Shown here one piece after another: positions 13,072-27,166 of a DNA stretch of 64,000 nt (position 1 is its first letter; every line of letters starts with the position of its first letter). Location of the stretch: assembly GCA_010015805.1 (NCBI GenBank), contig ML978125.1, positions 2,108,001-2,172,000 on the forward strand. Direction: 5' to 3'. The position numbers were made by a program, and so were the translations under genes. This DNA comes from Rhizodiscina lignyota (Eukaryota). The notes below the pieces were generated by a model. That model made no database searches. It worked only from the letters and a program-made list of their open reading frames with translations, and was not told where the DNA came from.

Positions 13072-14410
13072 ATGGCCGACGTAGCAGTGGAAAACCCAGC
13101 AAACACTGTCCCTCCTCACAAGAAACAGCTCCCATCATCTATACCCAACATCGACTCGCTTGAAGGCTTTGCGACCGAAGGCAACGATGACTACTCCACA
13201 TTCAAGAAGCTGCAGCGACAGCTCGAGTACATCAACCTGCAAGAAGAGTACATCAAGGACGAGCAGCGAAGCCTGAAGCGCGAGCTTGTCCGGGCGCAGG
13301 AGGAGATCAAGAGGATCCAATCCGTACCTCTCGTCATCGGCCAGTTCATGGAGGCGATCGACCAGAACACGGGGATTGTGCAGTCGTCGACGGGCTCGAA
13401 CTATGTCGTTCGGATATTGTCGACGCTCGACCGTGAACTGCTCAAGCCCTCGTCTTCCGTTGCGTTGCACCGACACTCGAACGCGCTCGTCGATATTCTT
13501 CCGCCTGAGGCAGACTCTTCGATAGCGATGCTGGGCGTGGATGAGAAGCCGGATGTCACATACGCGGATGTGGGTGGTTTGGACATGCAGAAGCAGGAGA
13601 TCCGGGAGGCAGTGGAGCTGCCACTCACACATTTCGACCTCTACAAGCAAATAGGTATGTACTCGCTGCACGTTTGGCTACCGAATATCGCATTGCGTGG
13701 CTCAGAGACTGATATTTTGCGACACAGGTATTGATCCACCTCGTGGCGTCCTTCTCTATGGCCCTCCCGGCACCGGCAAGACTATGCTTGTCAAAGCCGT
13801 TGCAAACAGCACAACCGCCTCATTCATCCGCGTTGTCGGCTCCGAATTCGTGCAGAAGTATCTCGGTGAGGGTCCTCGCATGGTGCGCGACGTGTTCCGA
13901 ATGGCGCGAGAGAACAGCCCAGCGATCATCTTCATCGACGAGATCGACGCGATTGCTACAAAGCGTTTCGACGCGCAGACGGGTGCGGACAGAGAAGTGC
14001 AGAGGATTCTGCTGGAGCTGCTGAACCAGATGGATGGCTTCGACCAGACCAGCAACGTCAAGGTCATCATGGCTACGAACCGTGCCGATACACTTGACCC
14101 TGCGCTGCTCCGCCCTGGTCGTTTGGACAGGAAAATTGAGTTCCCCTCGCTGCGTGACCGTCGTGAGAGGCGTCTGATCTTCACGACAATCAGCTCGAAG
14201 ATGAGTCTGAGCCCGGAGGTAGATTTGGACAGCTTGATCGTGCGAAACGACCCGCTCTCCGGCGCAATCATTGCTGCGATCATGCAGGAGGCGGGTCTGA
14301 GGGCGGTGAGGAAGAACAGATACAATATCATCCAGAGTGATTTGGAGGACGCGTACAATAGCCAAGTCAAGGGCGCCCAGGAAGCTGACAAGTTCGATTT
14401 CTATCGTTGA
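13072..14410 (+). CDS. RPT3: 26S proteasome regulatory AAA-ATPase subunit 6B (exons 13072-13654, 13728-14410)
   Basis: [50 protein letters not shown]; Walker A GPPGTGKT; Walker [11 protein letters not shown]-terminal HbYX tail FDFYR. Confidence 0.97.
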
Positions 14411-16507
14411 TGAAGTCAAAGCCCGAGAGTTTTGGATTGAGGTATCACAGTTTGTTTTCATAGCATAGAGAGCGGAGCGTTTGCTATCAGCAAATGTATA
14501 TTAGGGCTATTCTCGAGCAACATCTAATTCTACCGCCCGCTTGCGAAAGACCTGGCATATTGTATGAATATTCTCCAGTCTTGCTGTGCAAAGCTTGTCG
14601 AACATGTTGATGTTACAGAAGCAATCTCCATGTCTGCTGCAACCGTTCATGGAGATCCGTATGTGCATCTGTAAAGCCTGCCTCTAGCACTTACGCATGT
14701 GCCTTGCAGAGATCATCCTATTGCTGTTCGAAGCCTCAGAGCCATTGACAGATAGTGTAGAGCATTATATTCTTGTTAAGTAATTAAAACAGTTCTGAAC
14801 TTTATAGTGTGGTCCTTTGAAAAAGCCATACTCTGAGCGCGCGGCCCTGCTTCATGTCGTGAGCAAGGCATGGTGCAAGAGATCGGCACGATATAATAGA
14901 TTTTGATAGCATCGGTAGCCAACTAGTGTAGAAGACGTGATATGTCTGTGTATGGCTGATGCATTGGATGAGCTCTCCCGTCATTTTGAAGATGTCCCCG
15001 AGGCTGGTTCTATTACATCATAGCCTGTTCGGTTGATCGCACTGAACAAACATGCGGTAGTGAGGACTTTAGAAGACATGCTATACTCATTTCTCTATAT
15101 ACGAGAGTGCATTATGGGGCCGCGGAATGTTGCGGAGAGGCGATTGCCCGTCGCTCTTGAAGATTTGGAAGACACTTGGCGGCCACCTCACTAGCAGATC
15201 AACGGGCTGCGTGGTATAGTCCTGTAACCGCTTTTCTTATTGGTATTGACGACACATGAGAGTTGAAGACTCACTGGTGAGTGTGCGCCGAAGCGTGGGC
15301 ATAATTGTACTATAAGTGACTGGATGCTCGACGCGTAATCCACGAACCTCCGGCAACGGTCGCAAAAGCGCGTATGAGCCTGAGCGCGGCCTCACTTGCT
15401 TCAAAAGTGATGCCTTGTCCATTGGCAGACAATATTTTGAATCTCTTGCCAATGCGCCTAGCTCTTTGCCACGGAAATAAAGAGCCTGCGAAGATGGGGA
15501 GGCGCCGGTGTGTGTGGACGATCTCACGATGGGCGCGTGATCGTCGCGACCGACGATAACAAAAACGGCGCATACACGTGTCAATGTGGCACCTGAAAGT
15601 CGAGTTTTCGAGACAAATGATTGGAGTGATAGCCAATAGGAAATTAGGATACTTTCGACGGGCGCAGGCAACAATTTTGGACCTTGTGACTCCGACGAAG
15701 TTGTGATGCTACGCTCACCTCCTCCGGCTTCCCACTCATGGGCGGAGAGACGAGATACGAGAGCGCGCAACAAGGGCTGTTCTCGCGCTGCGATAATAAA
15801 AAACTCGCCAAAAGACGCTCAAATACATACCAAAGCCATTGAGAAGCGAATGAAATGGAATTTGAAGCGACAGGTGGGTGGGTGTGGAAAGGTCAACTTC
15901 ACCTTCTTTGGCTTCCTCGTGGACGATGAGGAGGTGAGTACGAGGACGACTGCAGCGCCTCAACATCATCTGCAGGGCCTCAAAATATGGGTCGAACAGC
16001 TCCATTAGGCCAAGATGTCTTCTTTTTAGACACAATTGGCAGAGAACGTTGGGCACTGCGAGGTGGAGGCACGATAGCACGAGAGATACAGCAGAGGACG
16101 GTTCGACTTCACCACGGAGGTTCGCAGTCTCCTAGTCGAAAACGTGATCGGCAAGCGCCGGGCATGGGACGCGACGTCAAGGCCAGAGGCGCGTTCGAAC
16201 GCCGCAAGACGAAGCCTCACAGTCAGCGCAGCAAACGGCCAGGTGAACAGCTGCCTTCGCTCCAGCTCCTGCCTGCGCTAATAAGCCAAAACATTGTGAG
16301 TTCTTGGCATGGTGATGGCGATGATCCGCCCAGACTATTTAAAGGGCAGCCGCCCTCGCCCACCGCGCGGGGGAGAGCGTTCGACCTTCCACTTCTTCAG
16401 CACAACGACAACAAACTCACCACCACCACAGCATTATCCAGGCCCATCAGCCGCTCATTACAATCGCAAGCTTCTGCCCTTCAAATTCATACACGCAACA
16501 AATCCAA

Positions 16508-17735
16508 ATGGCTCCCAAAGCATCAAAGGCCGCAGCGCCAAAGAAGACCGCCGCCGCCGCCGCCAGTCACGGTAGCTATGTCGGTACGTTTCAACTTTCG
16601 ACGCGTTGTCGCGTCGATGCGACAAGCTCTCCATTGTATTTGGCAGATATGACTGACTTGTTTTGCCAGATATGATCAAGGATGCCATCCTCAATGTAAG
16701 TCTATCGCTGTCGGCGCAAGTCGACTTGCTCACGGTCGCGTCCCGCGCCGCCCACCAAAACATTGTCTTGCACAACAACATCGCAACATCGCTTCTTGTA
16801 AAGACCAATGCTAACGCGTAATTGTCGCATTACAGCTTAAGGAGCGCAATGGTAGCAGGTAAGCACCTTTTTTATTTTTGTGAGGCGTTGGTAGCCTTGT
16901 CGTCGCGCGTTTGGTTGGAGCAACGTGCTGACCTTCGCGTTTCACCAGCCGTCAAGCCATCAAGAAGTATGTCCAGGCCAACAACAGCCTTGGCAACACC
17001 ACCGACGCTGCATTCAACGCGCACATCAACCGCGCTCTTATTACCGGAGAGACCGCTGGCACTTTCTCCAGGCCTAAAGGTATGCGTTCCTGATCTAGTT
17101 CGCTGACACACTCGACCTGGCTCTTTTCGTCTTCTCATTCTTTCTGTCTCTTACTGTCCCATGTTCTCAAACAATGTCGCTCGTCTCATACCATTTCTGG
17201 AATTTGAATATTGCGTCGTCGCGAAATGCGTGTTGTTGTTGTCACATGATCTGACGCGTTCTACCAGGCCCCTCTGGACCCGTGAAGCTCGCCAAGAAGG
17301 GCGACGCTGCTCCGGCCAAGACGACTACTAAGAAGCCTGTCGCTAAGGTGAGATGATCTCAGCTCAATGCTATTGCATGCACATAGTCTAACACCGTCGC
17401 AGAAGGAGAAGGTCGAGGTAGAGAAGAAGCCCGCTGCCGCTAAGAAGGCTGCTCCCGCGAAGAAGACTGCCGCGAAGAAGGCTCCTGCAGCGAAGAAGGC
17501 CGCAGCCAAGCCCAAGGCAAACACGGGTAAGAAAGCCACCAAGACTGCCGCTGCTGCCCCCGCTGTCGAGGACAAGCCTCCAGTCATCCTCGGCAAGACC
17601 AAGTCCGGCCGTGTGACAAAGACGAAGGCTCCTGCTGCAGCATCGGCGCCCAAGAAGAAGGCTGCCCCGAAGAAGGCTGCTGCCGCGAAGAAGGCGACGC
17701 CCAAGAAGGCCACCCCGAAGAAAGCTGAGTCTTGA
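16508..17735 (+). CDS. HHO1: Linker histone H1 (6 exons: 16508-16583, 16670-16695, 16836-16858, 16949-17079, 17268-17347, 17403-17735)
   Basis: Spliced globular domain [35 protein letters not shown]...FSRPKGPSGPVKLAKK followed by a K/A/P-rich tail. Confidence 0.95.
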
Positions 17736-18216
17736 GTGACTTCTGAGGCTTTTCTTTTCTTCGGTCATTGACTTCAAAATCTTCTTCCAGTCAATGCAAG
17801 GCGCATGGTTGTGGTTGTCTACGAGGGATGTATGGTTAGCTGGGCTGGGGGATTCACTGTGGCATACAACTTCGCCAATGTGTTGCTGGTTCGGCTGGGT
17901 CTTGGGTCTGTTACGATGGTGTGCAAACGGCGTTCGGGGTGCTCTGGTTGTAAACGACGATGGCTTTGGCGGCTCATGAGGAAAAGGTGTCTGTGCTAGT
18001 TAGTCACAGTAATTGAGCCGTGTTCTGAACATGAATCGAAGCTGAACAATCTTTACATCTCTGCGTTTCCCTATAATTCAACTGTGACAAGACTTTTCAG
18101 GGTTTTGACATGTTTTGAAAGATAGCTTGAGTACAAGTCTTGAAGCTCTGTAATACTCGCCTGTGACGTAGGGCATCGTGCTCAGTAGGCATGTATCTCC
18201 AGGTCGTTCCATAGGG

Positions 18217-18451
18217 CACGAGGATGACAAAATAGTTGAGTCCTATGAAGTTTGAAGATGCTCAGCAGAAGCAAGGTTTCCTCTTCAACGCTAGCGAGAG
18301 CATCTCTGAAAGGTCGATAAGTTATATGCCAGAGTCCGTTTATCTAAAACACACAGCTTCAGCGAGTATAACTTATATTAACTATCGAGGATATACAGCC
18401 TCGTAGTTCTATAGATTGCAACCACGACTCAACTATTTTGTCACCCACTGG
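18217..18451 (+). mobile_element. MITE copy 1 (235 bp, subfamily a)
   Basis: Ends CACGAGGATGACAAAATAGTTGAGTC ... GACTCAACTATTTTGTCACCCACTGG; flanked by ATAGGG (18211-18216 and 18452-18457); collinear with copies 2-4. Confidence 0.9.
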
Positions 18452-19460
18452 ATAGGGGTGGTGGCGCAGCCTGCGGTGCGAAGTCGGATTATACTCGGGA
18501 TCCACTTGAGCGCTCTGAACTTACGAAATGTTGTAGTGTTGTAGATAGATATATCCACGTGTATTTCAACAGTCGCCAGCGATGAGGCATCTTGGATATA
18601 GCGGTACGAGCTAGTCGGAAGAGTTTGCAGTGTGCAGTTTGCTTGTGCTGTATTTGTGCGCAGGTTAAATGAGAACCGGCATGCCGTCGATCTCTCAGCG
18701 ACCAATCCCAGCGTCAGAGGGATCGCAAGAAACAAGCTTAGTGTACGAAGAACGACGCTTCGGAAAGGAGTGATAGTCGCCCTTCGGAAGTGCTTCTAAA
18801 TGCGAGCGACTCTCGGACCGTTGGCAGCTTGTTTTCCTAATATTTCCAAGGTTCGTATACGGACATGCAGGGGCGTGTCTCTGAGCAACACCCGAGCGAT
18901 GCAGTGAATGCGCCTACATAGCAGATATACATGGCGTACAGCGTAGCAAACAGAGGAATAAAGAATAATTTCTTCTCTTGAGAGGCGTATTGTAAGCGTC
19001 GTCTGCGAAAAAGCTGAGCGCCGCCATCAGGAATAAGTGGACGCAGGGCCAAGTGGAATATTGGCAATGCCAAGGCCGGCTTTCTAGAGCGGCGTTAAAC
19101 TGCGGCGAGCGAGTGCCAGCAACAGTGACGCCTCGAAAGCGCTGCACCACTTTCACCACTACACACCATCCACACTCGCCGAATAGACTCAGCGCCCTTC
19201 CATCCATCCGCTAACCGCAGTCTTCACTCTACATTCTCCTCTTCCATCCTCCACCGCGACCTCCCCTTGACGTCAGCAGCACTGCCGCAGCAACGCAACG
19301 CAAAACGCAATCTCCCCAACTGGCCCAGCATACTTCGACCAGCGTGGCATCGACTTACCAAGAAAACTCTCCTCCTCGCAGTGCTGCCGCCGTAAAGGGC
19401 CTGGGCAGCAACCCGTCACTGAAAGTCCATGAGTTCCGGACGCTGCATGCTGCAGATATA

Positions 19461-22400
19461 ATGCCCTCGCTGCTGGCGGAGCGACCGGGGCTAGCAGCGC
19501 AAATACACCCGGCTTCATCACATCTCAGGGACAAACACGCCAGAAGTTCGATCGAGAGGGAGTCTCAAGAGAACCATGACGAGCGGGCGGGCGGCCTGCC
19601 CAACGGCGACGCGTTGAAACCGAATGGCCGCATGTCGAATGGGAAACCTGCATCGGAGAGTTTGCACGAGATGCCCAATGGAGTATCGTCGAGCACAGAG
19701 GGAGATCATCACGGAGCCGTCTGGCATGATAAATACCCTCGAACTTCCTCCCGGCATTCGAAGATGGACTCGGAGCACCAGACGGAACCCAATCGTGTCC
19801 CCAGAGTCAATGGACGACCGGTCACAAGAGACGAGGGCGAGTTTGCATCTGCTGGGAGTGGGCACGAATTCTACCGTCGGTTCGGTGACACGACTGTGGT
19901 CGAACTTACGGCGCCGTCTCAAGCTGATGTGGCGGAAGAGAGTGCAGAGGCTGCTGAGGGTGATTGTGAACCTCTAGCCTCTGCTCCCACTGCTAGTGAC
20001 TGCGCAGCTGAAGTTGAACGGGAACGGTTGGCGAGGCGAGCTACAACTACAGATGGCTCGCTCACAGTTCCAGCGTCTACGTCAATCCATAGAGCCTCAT
20101 CTCCTCCAGCTTTCCAGCACCAAACGCCGCGATCCTTAACTCCGACATCGACCTCTCAATCACAACCACAACCACCTCGGCTTCAGCAACGCCACACTCT
20201 AGAAGTACCGCGTGTTTCAACTTCACGACTTTCGAGAGAGATGACAAATGCTACTCAAGCAGATGGCGAGGTTGTATCGGCAACTGGTCGCTTTTCTCCA
20301 AATACTCCCACGAGACGAAGAGGATCGATGAGCCTGGTGCGAAGAGCGACACGTTCGATAGCGTCTGATCTACATCTCGACGAAGTGCTACCGGACGATG
20401 ATGCTGCACGGTGGGCGGAGCATATCCGGCAGAAACGGGCGAGTAAGCGGAAACGGAAAGACGACGAGGACGACGACAGGGTTGTCGTGGGCACAAAGGT
20501 CGACCAGAATCATGTTAATTGGGTCACAGCATATAATATGTTGACGGGCATTCGATTTACGGTATCGAGGACGAACGCAAAGTTGGATCGCGACCTCACG
20601 GATGCAGACTTTGAGGCAAAGCACAAATTCTCATTTGACATGTTAGTAGTTTACCACCTGCCAGAACAATGATTGCAAACTAACTCTTGATAGAACCGGC
20701 AATGAACTCACACCTTCGGCGAAGTACGATTTCAAATTCAAGGACTACGCTCCTTGGGTCTTCCGACACCTGCGCGCAACCTTCAAACTCGACCCTGCCG
20801 ACTACCTCATGTCCCTCACGAGCAAATATATCCTTTCCGAGCTTGGCTCGCCTGGGAAGAGCGGAAGCTTTTTCTATTTCTCGCGCGACTACAAATACAT
20901 CATCAAGACGATACACCACGCAGAGCACAAATTCCTCCGAAAGATTCTGCGAGAATACTATAATCACGTCCAAGAGAACCCGAACACACTTCTCTCACAA
21001 TTTTACGGCCTTCACCGCGTTAAGATACCCTATGGGAGGAAGATTCACTTCGTCGTAATGAATAATCTTTTTCCGCCGCATCGAGATATTCACAGAACTT
21101 TTGATTTGAAGGGCTCGACTATTGGACGAGATTTCAAGGAAGATGATTTAGAGAAGAATCCGCGGGCCACTTTGAAAGACCTGAACTGGCTGAGGCGCAA
21201 CTTGCACCTGGAGTTCGGTCCCACGAAGAAGAAAGCGTTCATTGAGCAGATGGAACGCGACGTCCATCTGCTGCAGCGGCTTAAGATAATGGACTACTCC
21301 CTTCTTGTCGGCATACACGACCTTGAGCGAGGAAATGAGGACAAGCTTCGAGACAAGACGCTGAAAGTCTTTCAACCAGGCGGAGAAGATGCTGAAGAGG
21401 AGGTCGAGCAAAGGATGAGCAATGTGCTCACCAGAACACCCTCCAAACTGGAGAATGCAAGGAAAGCTAAAGAGTTGAGGCATATGATCAAGACGCAAAG
21501 GCCCATTCCGATGGAGCAGGCCAAGAGTGGGATGCCGGATGAATTGGAAGAAGAAGGGACAAAGAAAGGATTTTATTTTTACAGTGATGATGGAGGGTTC
21601 AGGGCCACGCATGAGAATGACCTGCCGGGAGAGGAGATATATTATCTCGGCATTATTGACTGCTTGACGCATGTGAGTGCACATTCACAAATTGCCGATG
21701 CTGACGCGTTTGCAAATATACTTTTGGAAACAGCAATACTAATATCAACCTGCAGTACGGTTTTATTAAGCGAGCAGAACACTTCTGGAAAGGACTTTCC
21801 AGTCCAGAATCACAAATCTCCGCAGTCCCACCTGAGCGTTATGGCGACAGATTCGTGCGCTTTATTAATGGTATCACCAAAACACGGGAGGCCGCTGAGC
21901 TTGAGAAGGCAGAGGAGCGTGGCATCGCCTCCCCGGACCTCATTGACGACCCACGGCTCTCTGGAGTTAACATGCATCCAGTGAGCAACCAGTCACAAAC
22001 GCACCCAACCAATCAGGAGGCCACTGACAAGGTGATGGAGATGGCGGAGAAGCAGGCCGAGAGAAGCAAGCGACATGGCGCAGACGAGAGCACCGTACCC
22101 AATGTGATGCTCACATCAGCGAGAAGCCCAAGTCCACCCGGGGACCCAGGGGGATACACGTTACCGGTCGTGGAAGAGGATGTCGAAGGCCAAAGCACAG
22201 GCGGGCGGAGTGGGAAGAGTGGAAGGAGCCACGAACCAAGTCCTCATCCTGACGCCGAGATCAGCGCGGAGTCACCGCGATCGCTGTCACTGGGCTTGCC
22301 GGTAGAGCTTCGAAGGCCAAGCGGCGAGATAGAACCGCCGAGTAGACCGCCGCCTACGCCACCCAAAGACAGACTCAGTATGCCGCAGTCGACAACATCT

Positions 22401-22655
22401 GCTGCGAGCCAGGGCAGCAGCTATCGACCTCACACACCGCAGTCGCAATCACCTTCTGTCACGCAAGTTGATGCTGCTAGCGCCGCCGACATGGACGAGG
22501 GGAGCGAGTCGGACGGACCGCCCACACCGCCGAAGGATAGCGTAATGAGTCGCGGGAGGAGTCCGAACAGGGACAAGGCGTTACCGAAGCCACCCGTCGA
22601 AGACGACGAGGAGAACATGGCGGACATGGTGCTGAGACCGCTTGATGCGAGCTGA
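19461..22655 (+). CDS. MSS4: Phosphatidylinositol-4-phosphate 5-kinase (exons 19461-20641, 20694-21672, 21756-22655)
   Basis: [94 protein letters not shown]. Confidence 0.96.
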
Positions 22656-23492
22656 GATGCTCCATGAGCGCGATTCACATTGTCATATTTTGTACTTGTC
22701 CCACACGGACAACAAGGTCTCTTTTGTTGCCTTTTTGGGGGAGTAGACGGAAGTCACGGGGCTTGGATTGAAATTATTTCGAAAGAGCATTACCGGCGTC
22801 GCTTCATCCCTTTTTTGCTAGCATGTTTTCGTCGGTTTCTGTATTAGCCTTACCGGAAAGCGTCTTCAAATTCAATTTTTTGGTGGGGTCCCCTTTCGGG
22901 TGACAACTTAGTCGAAGAGCAAGGACTGGTGTTCTCCTTTGTACAAATAACTTTTTTATAGATACCTACATTAGTGCGTAGTATGGAAATGAGAGACGGA
23001 GAGTCGTAAATCTTAAGGTTCATATGTAGTACCTCACTGGCGTGACGAATTCTTGCGCCCGATTGATCGGTGTTTATCTATACTATCCTACCTTGACGAA
23101 CACCAATCTAAATTCAATAGCTTGTACCACCTTTTAATTATATAAAGCATATTTAAGGTGAAAAGCAGATGGGTTGGGCATGGTGCTCGTTGGACTACTT
23201 GTGCACCTCACATAGCACCTGTAACATCATCAATGGTCCCATTTTGATAGCAAACACGTGGGCTATGTGGGCTGTCTAACTACTTAGTGCGAGGCTCGAG
23301 GTTGATAAAATTAGTGGATCACGACGATATCGAAACGGTGCAGTATGAACAAAGTTCGTCATTCAATGAGAACACTGATGAAAGCCTGATTGAATTCCTC
23401 TGAGGCTGTGGTTAACTATACTATCCTGCTTTAATGATATCATCAATCTTAATCCAATAATCCGCACTACTCTTCGGGTTCATGCAGTCTAA

Positions 23493-26400
23493 CTATGGTG
23501 AAAAGGCAGATGGGGGCGGCATTGTGCCTGTTGGACTGGTCTCGAACGCTGAACCACCCGGAGTCTGAGCAACTGGTGTGCTTGTGCTCCCGAAAGCCGA
23601 CCCGTCAAACTCCCCACCCGACTTCATCGTCCCATTGAGCATGGGGCAAAGCTTTTTGTTCGTCTTGATGTGGCCCACCATACCACAATTTGCGCACTTG
23701 CGTTGAGTGCCGGCAGTCTTGGAACCTCCTGTAGAGGGAGAACCGGGGGTGCCTGGAGATGTGGCGGATCCATTGTGGAGGCCTTTAGCCTTCTCGCGGA
23801 CATGTCGACGATCTTTGTTGCGCTCAAGGCGGTTGAGCTCGTCTTCCAGCCTGTATCCACTTGGTTAATATCGACTTCTGCAAAACGGCACTGCAGGGAT
23901 AACATACATCTTCCTCTGAAGCGCATCTCGCTCAGCGTCACCAGTGGGTGCGGCTTGATCAATCCTGTGGAGAGTAAGTAAGTTATTGGTAGAAATATAT
24001 GGTCAAGTGTAAAGGGAACTCACGTTATGCCCGACCGCTCCCTCTCCTTCTTGGCCTTCACATATGCCCGAATGATTTTCGGATCGTTGACAACCTCCTC
24101 AACTCGCTCCAGCTTGCCAAATTTGTCGTGTTGGTGACGAATGATCTTCAAAACTCGACCCTTTTGGCTGTTTGCGCTGAATCGACTGAACTGGCTGACG
24201 CTGTCGTCCTCACGTCGCGAAAATGCAGCGGGTGTACCGAAATCCGACCTTGGTGTACGACCCGGCATGAAGCTGTCATGGCCGTCTTCCTCGTGGCCAA
24301 TATCCAAGTCCGCGTCAGGGTCTTCAGGGTTTTCTCCAGGCTGCGTGGTTGCCTCCAAACTTCTCTTCTGGCTCTCCCAGATCTTCCTGATGGCCTCCTC
24401 ATAATCCTTCTGTTGCTGTGCGACGTTGTAGCTGTGGCCTCCGAGTTGCTTCTGTCGGACCTTGTCAATCGTAGCCTGGACACTCTCTCCTTGTGCTTTG
24501 AAGCCACCCTTCATACTCGTCTTGATGAAGCTGAACGCCTCTCCACGCCCAGATGGATCGCCAGCCCCGTGCAATTGAAGCATTGCTTTGCTCTGACAAG
24601 CGTTCAGGAAGTTCTTCGTCAGCTGCCACGGTGCAAGCTGCTGCTCCAGGCTCTCGTCTTCCTTATCGCCTCCATCGCCGTCATCCGCATTGTTGGCAGT
24701 GTTTTGGCCATCTTCGTTGTAGCCGGCATCTAACAGGTGTCGATGGCCAACTTGCATGGAATCTAGCAAGCAAATCTCGTCCGGCTTGAGCTGGCGTCGA
24801 ATTCCAGCATAATCTGGAGGCGGAATTTCTTTCCCATCCTTTGGACCAGGAACCCAGACCTGATGGTCGCGATCGTAAGACATGAATTCTCGCATCTTAG
24901 AGCGATTCTGAGGAATTTCTGAACCAGGGAGATGCTCCTTGATGATATCGTTTGTCAAGGGCGGGTTGCGCCTTGGATCATTCTGATGCTTTTGATAGAT
25001 TCGCCACGAGATCATCTTGAGTCGCTTCTTGGCCGCATCGGTGACCTTGCGAGAATGTGTGCCGGGAACCTCTACAGACGGCAATTGCTGTCCAACAACA
25101 TACAGGTTCTGCATATTGCGCAAATAATATTGCTGTCCGCCCATGCCTGTCGTGCTTCGACCGACAACGAAGTCGGTCCCTTTGGGACTGTGCTGCCACA
25201 CAGGAGCACGGTACATGGTGTTGTGAAGGGTTGGCTGATGTTCACCTGGCGCGATGTTTCCGAAGATGGAGAAGGGGCTCTTATCCTGAGGAAGAAGGAC
25301 ATGAGTGTCGCCCCATTCATACTTGGGTCGGCTGGTGTCCTCTTCATCCTTGCGACGATAGTAGTTGACGAGCCTGCTGCCCATACCGAAGTTGGACATC
25401 ATCATGGGGTACTCTTCCGAATACTCAAATAGCGAAATATCAGCATTGTCATTGAGTGACAACTCCTTGGAAGAATCGAATGCTTGCTGGATTGCCAGAC
25501 TCCTCTGAATCTTGCGTTTCTTGCTCTCGCGTTTGTTGAACTTGATGATGCCTTGTGGTTTGAAGGATAAACCAGGGCGATGGAAGGAACGTGCGTCGCG
25601 AGCGCTAAGCTTCACCTTGTAGAATGGATACTGCAGCTTGATAGCAGGCAAACTGTGCTCGACTGTGAGATTGCTGAGAGTGCTGCGGATTTTGTGCGAA
25701 TGATTCTCCTTCAGTAGATCATAGGCGTCGTCGTTCGAGATATTGTATCTTCGGTTCAAAGATTTTGTAAAGCTCCCGTTGACATCCTTTCTGAACTCGC
25801 CACCTGGCTTCGGAGCCTTTGCTTGTACAGAGTCCGGCTGCTGAATGTCAATCAACATTCGCGGGTCGTTTAGATCGAGCGTAACGCGGCGGGACAAGAT
25901 GGCATTTGTGGCTTCCGGATCGTCGAGCGAGGGGAACGTCTCGTAATATATTGGAAGAGACTCCGATGTTGCACGCTCTCCGATCCTACGTCGCTTTGGA
26001 GGTACCAGCCAGTCTGCAGGATCTGCGTGTCGCTTCGACGGTGACGTCGCCTCGACGGAACCAGGTGAGACCTCAGTCATGTCTGGGGGGCTCCCAGCTT
26101 CACTTGAGCTTCGATCAACATCCCAATCCTCGCACAGGATAGCAAGATCCTTCATGGTGATATTGCCAATCTTCTCATTCTCGTCATACTCATCCAACTC
26201 GACCTCTTGATTTTGCTCTTCCTCCTCGTTCTCCGGGCCAACAGTCCTAATCAGTCCACATCGCTCCAGCTCCTGAGGGTCCACTCGTTGAGTTGCGCCG
26301 GAATATGTGAGCGTGAAGGTCTTCGCCTGGTCTTGTAGTAGCTCAAAGCTCACTTTGGACGGCTGTATAGGCTTAGGAGGCTTTGGCGGCGCTTTGGAGA

Positions 26401-27166
26401 CGTAGAAGGCCCTCTTCTGTGGGAATAGCCTCGCGAATCTGGCGACTTCGTCTTGATCGAATTGCGGCCAAAGGGTAGCCATAATCTCTGATGTATCCTC
26501 CTGCTCCTCCTGGCCTTCTTCATGCGGCTTCCCAGCTCGCGCGAAAAGCGCCCTCTGTTCGCGGACCAGCTCATCCTCTTCCTCCTCCTCCTCCTCATCC
26601 TCGTGCTCATCCTGTACATAGTCGGTGCCTTCAAACACCGGCGTATCTTCAAGAGGCGAGGCGCCTGGGAGTTGGATTCGTTGGGAGCTTATGGGTGCTG
26701 CTGGGGGAATTTGGAGTTGTGGCAAAGCAGAAGTTGTAGCGTGAGGAACTTCCGGCCTCGCCTTCTCCAACACCGGCGACTCGCCGCCATCACCGCCATC
26801 GCCGAAGAGGTCATCGAAGTCCGGATCGTCCATGTAACGTTCCTCGTGTTCATACTCTTGACCAGCATCATATGTCGAATGCTCCACTTCAGTGTGCGCG
26901 TGTCCATTTGTGAGAACATCATTTGTGCCGGGGGTTTCCTCTTCGTCAGGCAAATCATCGTCGCTGAAGTCTTCGTAGTCCACGGCGTCGTCAGCCTTCT
27001 CGCCTATGTCCAAAGGTCGGTCTGGGTCGAGGCCTGGGATGTTGAGGCTTTCACCAGGCTGCATGCTCAGAACGCGAGCGATGAGGTTGTCATCGGTGCT
27101 CTCGTCCTGCCGTGTTTCTGGTGCTGCCTGGGCAGGCGCGCCGTTCGAGTCTACGGCGTGCGGCAT
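23493..27166 (-). CDS. TAF1: TFIID subunit 1 (exons 27166-24024, 23964-23908, 23850-23493)
   Basis: YNISNDDAYDLLK, VEHSLPAIKLQYPFYK, LFEYSEEYPMMMSNFGMG, LAPWQLTKNF, LHGAGDPSGRGEAFSFIKTS; C-terminal zinc knuckle RKCANCGMVGHIKTNKKLCP. Confidence 0.95.

Noticed and set aside
15237..16652. Several 100-220 codon ORFs upstream of histone H1
   Set aside because: No recognisable motifs, mostly non-ATG starts and mutually overlapping; an orphan gene cannot be supported.
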